From: an uncultured virus (IMG/VR IMGVR_UViG_3300025098_000001)
Taxonomy: Duplodnaviria; Heunggongvirae; Uroviricota; Caudoviricetes
IMG/VR virus record: IMGVR_UViG_3300025098_000001
Reading direction: 5' to 3' (one strand)
DNA length: 29,007 bases
Within the stretch, counting starts at the first letter, position 1, and each line of letters starts with the position of its first letter. The notes beneath the pieces are model-generated. The model saw nothing but the letters and a program-made list of their open reading frames with translations. It was not told the origin of the DNA and did no database searches. Below, piece by piece: positions 23,967-29,007 of the stretch. Position numbers and translations under genes: made by a program.

Positions 23967-24222
23967 CCCCTAATACTTGGTGGACTCCTTCAAGTCCTAT
24001 TTTTAAATCTCTACCTGTGCCGTGAAAATTAAATCTATTGTCTTTTTTTGCGGCTACTTTTACTGGACCCGCTGAAGGAACATTTGACAAGTTTCTTTCA
24101 TCCATAAAAGAAATAAACTCGGTAGGCTTTACAGGCTCTTGCAGCATTTCAATAAACTCAACCAATAAATCTAAATGCTTTGGTCGAACCTTTACGCCTT
24201 TTAGAATTGCTTCCCATGTCAT
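23959..24222 (-). CDS. Small protein, MTWEAILK N-terminus, possibly winged-helix
   Basis: ORF coupled to neighbours; GGGGTG RBS. Confidence 0.7.
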   Translation of the reverse strand: MTWEAILKGVKVRPKHLDLLVEFIEMLQEPVKPTEFISFMDERNLSNVPSAGPVKVAAKKDNRFNFHGTGRDLKIGLEGVHQVLGDE

Positions 24223-24428
24223 ATTAATTGCACCCCTGTTAAATATGTAATACCGATTGCGGCAAGAATATAAACTCCTTTTCGTAGCATAGCCATGTCC
24301 TTTTCCATGTGAAATAAATGGTTTGTTTCAATAGTGTGAACTCGTGTATCAATGTCATTCACTTTCGAGACAAGCCAATTAATCTTACCATCCGAATCTC
24401 TTTCAAGGACTTCATCTAAATCCGACAT
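24219..24428 (-). CDS. Coiled-coil + C-terminal TM protein (holin/haemolysin-like candidate)
   Basis: DTRVHTIETNHLFHMEKDM then GVYILAAIGITYLTGV; start ATG 24428 or GTG 24437. Confidence 0.6.
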   Translation of the reverse strand: MSDLDEVLERDSDGKINWLVSKVNDIDTRVHTIETNHLFHMEKDMAMLRKGVYILAAIGITYLTGVQLI

Positions 24429-24460
24429 GGCTACCACTATTATAAACGAACTAATAACGA

Positions 24461-24477
24461 CTATTTAATATTTTTCC
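24461..24477 (-). promoter_or_regulatory. Archaeal-type BRE + TATA promoter
   Basis: Minus strand reads GGAAAAA-TATTAAATAG in a short intergenic gap, about 25 nt upstream of the GTG at 24437. Confidence 0.6.
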
Positions 24478-24483
24478 ATTACA

Positions 24484-25974
24484 TCAGTTTCCTATGATAT
24501 AATAACCCGTTATTAATGGCGTTATCGAATCATCTACTGCTTGAACTGTCACATGTTGTCCTACCGGTAAATCAATTTGATTGGGGGTAGTAATTAAAGC
24601 GTGATGGGTTGCACCAGTACCCGTTAATATATTGCCGTCAATAGGCGCACCACCCGCTACAACAATTGTTATTGGATTTGAACCAAAATTACGAATTGTA
24701 AATACTGCATTAGGATTTGCAGTAGGGTTTGGCAATTCAACTTGATTCGGTGGTCCTGTACCCGATATATCAAAAACATAAACAATACTTTTAGTTCCTG
24801 ACATCACTGGTGATGTACTCATATCTAAGGCTTCTGGTTGTTGTTGTAATAATCCATTTGTGACTAAACTTGTTGTTCCCGTAGTTGTAGCACCTGTAAT
24901 TGTTGTAGTTGCAGTAATAGCACCTGTGATTGCTAATGTAGAACCATCAAAAGTAGCATTTGCTTCTGCATTCATCGCATCTGCGCTTGTAGCAGTAACT
25001 ATTCTATTATTAGCACCATTAGTCATAAAGTCCGAAACATCTACTGCAACAGTAGCCGTTGAACCCTCAGCCGGAGTATGGGTCACATCTATTCCCGTTC
25101 CAGCAGAAACATTCGTCATATAATTTCCTGTTGTATCTGTTCCTAATGCAACGCTGTTTGCTTGTATTGTAGCCGCACCTCCAGCCGCAATTGCTATATC
25201 TCCCGAAACATTTCCAAATACGGCATCTTCTAAATTAGAAAATGTAATTTTCTTTTCTGTTCCATTATCGGAAAATACAAAATGGTCTTGTGTTTGGTGT
25301 AGGCCAGTTCCTCCTAATGCTGAATAACCATCAATATCTAAACTACCTCCTGCCGCTTCTGCTAATGAGACCTTTCCATCAGAATTGTCATAAGTCAAAA
25401 CATATCCATCTTGTCCAGCCCCCACTGTTTGGTCGCCTTTAATTTTAAATTTTCCTAAATAAACATCGGCGTTTAAATCTAATGTATATAATTGTAAATT
25501 ATAATCAATCTTATCAGGGTCTGTTCCTGCCGTAACTTCAATTAATGCAATAGGAATATTACCTGCGGGTAGGTCAGGAACTAAGCCATTAGCACCATTT
25601 AAAGTTCCTAATGTAATTACCAAAGTAGGTGTATCAGCAGGAGTCATAGAAATCAAATCATAGCGAGTATAATTAGGGTGTTGTGTTTGAGTCGCAGTTG
25701 GTTTTGCTGTCGTTGTAGTAGTATCATAGGTTACAGAAATATTAGTCTCATATAGTTTAAATTGCCCTCGCGTTCTAAACTGAATTGGTTGCAGTAAATT
25801 ATATTGAGTATAAGCCCCTCCGTCTGTAATAGTAAAACCTGCATGACTGATACAAATATCTTCTTTGTTATACGCTTCTAATGCTTTTAAAATTCCCGTG
25901 TGCATTTTATCCGTTTGGTCCACTAATCCAGTAGTTCCACCCATCGTTGTTATTTTTCCTGCATTTGCTACCAT
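24484..25974 (-). CDS. Tail fibre/baseplate-associated protein
   Basis: Thr/Gly/Ala-rich; RYDLI...VPDLPAGNIPIALIEV N-terminal anchor pattern; fibre-like segments (VSAGTGIDV, NNRIVTAT..ANATFDGSTL). Confidence 0.7.
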   Translation of the reverse strand: MVANAGKITTMGGTTGLVDQTDKMHTGILKALEAYNKEDICISHAGFTITDGGAYTQYNLLQPIQFRTRGQFKLYETNISVTYDTTTTTAKPTATQTQHPNYTRYDLISMTPADTPTLVITLGTLNGANGLVPDLPAGNIPIALIEVTAGTDPDKIDYNLQLYTLDLNADVYLGKFKIKGDQTVGAGQDGYVLTYDNSDGKVSLAEAAGGSLDIDGYSALGGTGLHQTQDHFVFSDNGTEKKITFSNLEDAVFGNVSGDIAIAAGGAATIQANSVALGTDTTGNYMTNVSAGTGIDVTHTPAEGSTATVAVDVSDFMTNGANNRIVTATSADAMNAEANATFDGSTLAITGAITATTTITGATTTGTTSLVTNGLLQQQPEALDMSTSPVMSGTKSIVYVFDISGTGPPNQVELPNPTANPNAVFTIRNFGSNPITIVVAGGAPIDGNILTGTGATHHALITTPNQIDLPVGQHVTVQAVDDSITPLITGYYIIGN

Positions 25975-26327
25975 TAATCTACCTCCACCGTAATTATAAA
26001 CTCTACTTCATCCGAACTTGTAAGTGGTCCTATTCCATCATAATTAACTCGAACTAATAAAGTATTCCCCGAATCAAATATGCCTACTTCCTTAATTGTA
26101 TTACCAACATACGCAGAACCCAATATAGTAAATGAAAAATCAATTGAAGTTTCTCCACTTGAAATGACTTGTCCACTTGCACTTGAAATTGTAGCCTTTA
26201 AACCTAAAGGTGAATCTAAATCTCCCGCATTAGGATTTGTTGAATCCCCACCTGTTCCCACCTGAAAGTGTGTAAAGGTTGAGATAATATGGTCTCTTAA
26301 ATTTGTTTTTCCTTCTGCTGTTATCAT
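25974..26327 (-). CDS. Tail/baseplate structural protein (tail-collar-like)
   Basis: ITAEGK...VGTG...IKEVGIFD...LLVR pattern typical of tail-fibre N-terminal/collar domains. Confidence 0.65.
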   Translation of the reverse strand: MITAEGKTNLRDHIISTFTHFQVGTGGDSTNPNAGDLDSPLGLKATISSASGQVISSGETSIDFSFTILGSAYVGNTIKEVGIFDSGNTLLVRVNYDGIGPLTSSDEVEFIITVEVD

Positions 26328-29005
26328 AGTCCCATCCCCGTATTGAATCCTAATGTGTATGTAAATCCTAATTCTGTCGCAGTTGAATTAGTCTTAGTTA
26401 TTGTCGCCTTAACAAACTTAACTCGTAGTGACTGTATATCAATATTAGGAGAGGTCACACTCGTATAAACTTTTTGCTTTGCCCTACCTTGTAAATTGCG
26501 TGTTTCCGAAATTAACATTGTAAAGGTATTTGCTAAGTCACGGTTATATTCTCCGAGTAATAACTTGGTCGGCATTCCAATAGTCTTTTCAATCTCAATA
26601 ACCATATAGTCGTTTCTAAATATTCCCTCCGAGGGGTAATAAACTGATACGATATTTCCGGGTTGCAGTAGTGGTATCTTATCACCGACTTCTATTTGTA
26701 TTGCAGATTGTAGGCTTGTGTAGAATTTTAAAAGTTGTTGGGCCTTTTCTGATACTTGTGTATTAGTGACTAATGAAAAATCATATACCTCCTTAGTTTT
26801 TGAACCTCGTTTTTTAATTTCTCTGTAATTTTTAGCAGTTCCCTTTACGCCGTCACCAAATACCACTACTTCGTTAAAGTTATCGTATAATGATTTATCT
26901 TTTTTAATGCTCGAAATTTTATGGATATTATCTTCTTCATTAAATTCAATACTTCTATATTCTTTTTCTTCTTCATTTGAAACTACCCGTATAGTATTAC
27001 CATCTATGGTTAATTTCTTTTTCTTAAACGACAATACATTATTAATTGCAGCATAAGCATTTTCACCTGTAAAATTAGAACCGATATAGTAATTATCAGT
27101 GCTTGTGTCTTTTGTATAAGAAATTCCTTTGGAAGTTAATATATCGTCAACAATATCTTCGGAATCAAGACTAATGTTAAAAGGTGAACATATAGATAAA
27201 GATTTAGGGCTAAAAGACGGGTTTTGATTTACCGTAATAGTAAATATACTTCCAATAGAAGGTGAACCTACCATCTTTTTCATATTTAAAAATTCTATTT
27301 TATCAGTAGATTCTCTTACAAACATTTCAGTTTCAAGACTATTTACACCATCTGTCATTAAAATTCTATGTGTTCCGTCATTAAAACTATTTGTATAAGA
27401 CATATCAGCATCTGCTCTCGGAACTAAATAATCTCCTCCCCCGCCATCGGGTTCAATGAGACAATACATAGAGCGAACCCCTTCGTTCTTAACATTACCC
27501 TTTGACACATTATCCCCAGTAAAATGTGTTGCAGATGCTATTGTTTCGAGCATTTGATTCGTACTGGGTTTTCTTGTATATAAAGTTGATAATGTATTAA
27601 GTTCTATTTCCCTTGGTGAAAAATCATATGTGCAAATTTGATTTATTTTTAACAATGTTAATTCATCTGTATCAGTAGAATTAGTGGTTCCATTACTGCT
27701 TACTGTTATTCCCGAAGCATTGTCTATTTTAAGATAATGAATAAAGGTGGTAGTATCTTTAGATACGGTGTGTGAAATAATCTTATGTAATTTTTCCCCC
27801 TTTAGGTAATACCCAGTTAAATTATTTGAATAATGAATCCAGTGATTATCAGTTGGGGTTTGTCCCCTACCCATATTTAAATGATTAATTGTAATAGAAA
27901 GAACTCTTTCGGAACTTGTCAGTGAATCATCAAGTGCGGTTCCGTGAACTATAAAATCCGATACATCAATGTAGGGTTTAAATAAAATCTCAACAGGTGT
28001 GACACCCGCAAAATCATCTCCACCCGTATCTTCATTTCTTTGTAAAATACCTAAACCGTTATCATCTCCATCATAACCATAGTCTAAAAATTTACCTCTA
28101 TTAAAAGTATGAGAAACTCCGTCTATTCGGACATTTGCTGATGAGGCAAACTGTTTTCCTACTATGTTTACATCTCTATAAATAACTCTCTTTGGTTCAA
28201 AGTCATACATTGCTCCCGATATATTTGCTGTAATACTTGGTGAAACTGCTCTTGCATTTCCAGACCAAATACCAGCAATTATTAATTTTGTTCCTGTATA
28301 ATCAAATCCAAAACTTGTATCTACTGTATCATCACGAAGAGTGTCCTGTAAAATTCTATGAGGTATAATAGTGTCTAAAGTTTTTGAATTTGAACCCGTA
28401 GATTGATATAGTTTAATAATTACATCTGTTTTATCTGCACTTGCCCCAAATGCTGCCGCAGTTCCTGACTTATCCGTATCTAAAGTAAATTGAGTATTAG
28501 TCAAAGTAGCAATTTTATAATTACCATCATATCCCACACCTACATTTGAAATTTCTATTACTGTATCTTCAGTGAAAACTGATTTAGACCAAGTGATAGC
28601 GTTAAAATTATCTACGACTAAATTAGGGTTATCAATATAAATTGTATTAATATTAGGCACTGATAAAACCAAAAACTCCCCATTATTAGCGGCATTCGTA
28701 GCACCTGTAATGTTTATATAATTACCTGCTACTATTCGAGAACTGGTCCAATCACCGCCACTTCCAGAATTTTTTGTTATTCGACTAAAACCACCTGAAA
28801 TTGAAAAGGAAACAGTTGACCCTATATTATATTCTGGTGCAGAGCCAAAAGAATTAGAAATATTTGTAAGAAAACTTGCTCCTACTACTTCTCCTACTGT
28901 ATCTCTAAAGTAATCAAGAAGCGATGCACCGCTAATTGTGACAGTATTTCCATTAAAATTAGCATCTGTTTTCCACAAAAACATTTGATTTGTACCAAAT
29001 GATGT
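26324..29005 (-). CDS. Large minor tail/baseplate hub-like protein (5' partial)
   Basis: Frame stays open to the window edge (TSFGTNQM...); C-terminal NEVVVFGDG...LQPGNIVSV...YMVIEIEK tail-hub pattern; beta-rich. Confidence 0.7.
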   Translation of the reverse strand, partial: TSFGTNQMFLWKTDANFNGNTVTISGASLLDYFRDTVGEVVGASFLTNISNSFGSAPEYNIGSTVSFSISGGFSRITKNSGSGGDWTSSRIVAGNYINITGATNAANNGEFLVLSVPNINTIYIDNPNLVVDNFNAITWSKSVFTEDTVIEISNVGVGYDGNYKIATLTNTQFTLDTDKSGTAAAFGASADKTDVIIKLYQSTGSNSKTLDTIIPHRILQDTLRDDTVDTSFGFDYTGTKLIIAGIWSGNARAVSPSITANISGAMYDFEPKRVIYRDVNIVGKQFASSANVRIDGVSHTFNRGKFLDYGYDGDDNGLGILQRNEDTGGDDFAGVTPVEILFKPYIDVSDFIVHGTALDDSLTSSERVLSITINHLNMGRGQTPTDNHWIHYSNNLTGYYLKGEKLHKIISHTVSKDTTTFIHYLKIDNASGITVSSNGTTNSTDTDELTLLKINQICTYDFSPREIELNTLSTLYTRKPSTNQMLETIASATHFTGDNVSKGNVKNEGVRSMYCLIEPDGGGGDYLVPRADADMSYTNSFNDGTHRILMTDGVNSLETEMFVRESTDKIEFLNMKKMVGSPSIGSIFTITVNQNPSFSPKSLSICSPFNISLDSEDIVDDILTSKGISYTKDTSTDNYYIGSNFTGENAYAAINNVLSFKKKKLTIDGNTIRVVSNEEEKEYRSIEFNEEDNIHKISSIKKDKSLYDNFNEVVVFGDGVKGTAKNYREIKKRGSKTKEVYDFSLVTNTQVSEKAQQLLKFYTSLQSAIQIEVGDKIPLLQPGNIVSVYYPSEGIFRNDYMVIEIEKTIGMPTKLLLGEYNRDLANTFTMLISETRNLQGRAKQKVYTSVTSPNIDIQSLRVKFVKATITKTNSTATELGFTYTLGFNTGMGL

Positions 29006-29007
29006 AG

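Noticed and set aside
810..26265. Short nested or antisense + strand ORFs (810-992, 10635-10880, 17832-18035, 21579-21791, 24038-24250, 24860-25123, 26080-26265)
   Set aside because: Contained in or overlapping longer genes, with no recognisable motifs.

Overview
AT-rich, gene-dense segment of a tailed archaeal virus genome. Gene content and order best fit the magroviruses that infect Marine Group II/Poseidoniales; this host and taxon call is an inference. The + strand (1-22957) opens with an accessory, probably host-takeover block: a compact TFB/TFIIB homologue, a membrane-anchored Zn-knuckle restriction-like nuclease, a ThiF/E1 enzyme with a JAB/JAMM protease (ubiquitin-like conjugation components), a histone-fold protein with an acidic tail and a degenerate LAGLIDADG protein. 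Then come bacterial-type GroES-GroEL and an almost complete archaeal-type replisome: RFC large- and small-like subunits, putative SSB, RecA/Sak4-like ATPase, putative PCNA, PolB with PIP box, HNH, Cas4-like nuclease, fused primase, XPF/ERCC4 nuclease, MCM-like ATPase and DEDD exonuclease. A GC-rich hairpin terminator near 23015-23049 marks convergence with - strand late genes (tail proteins, holin-like membrane proteins, small proteins sharing an N-terminal W-x-x-[IT]-L-K motif). Best leads: the viral E1+JAB system clustered with TFB and histone, small Cys-rich ORFs bracketed by exact direct repeats at gene junctions, the WxxILK leader, and a T-loop-containing intergenic RNA. All calls are by motif recognition; no searches were run.
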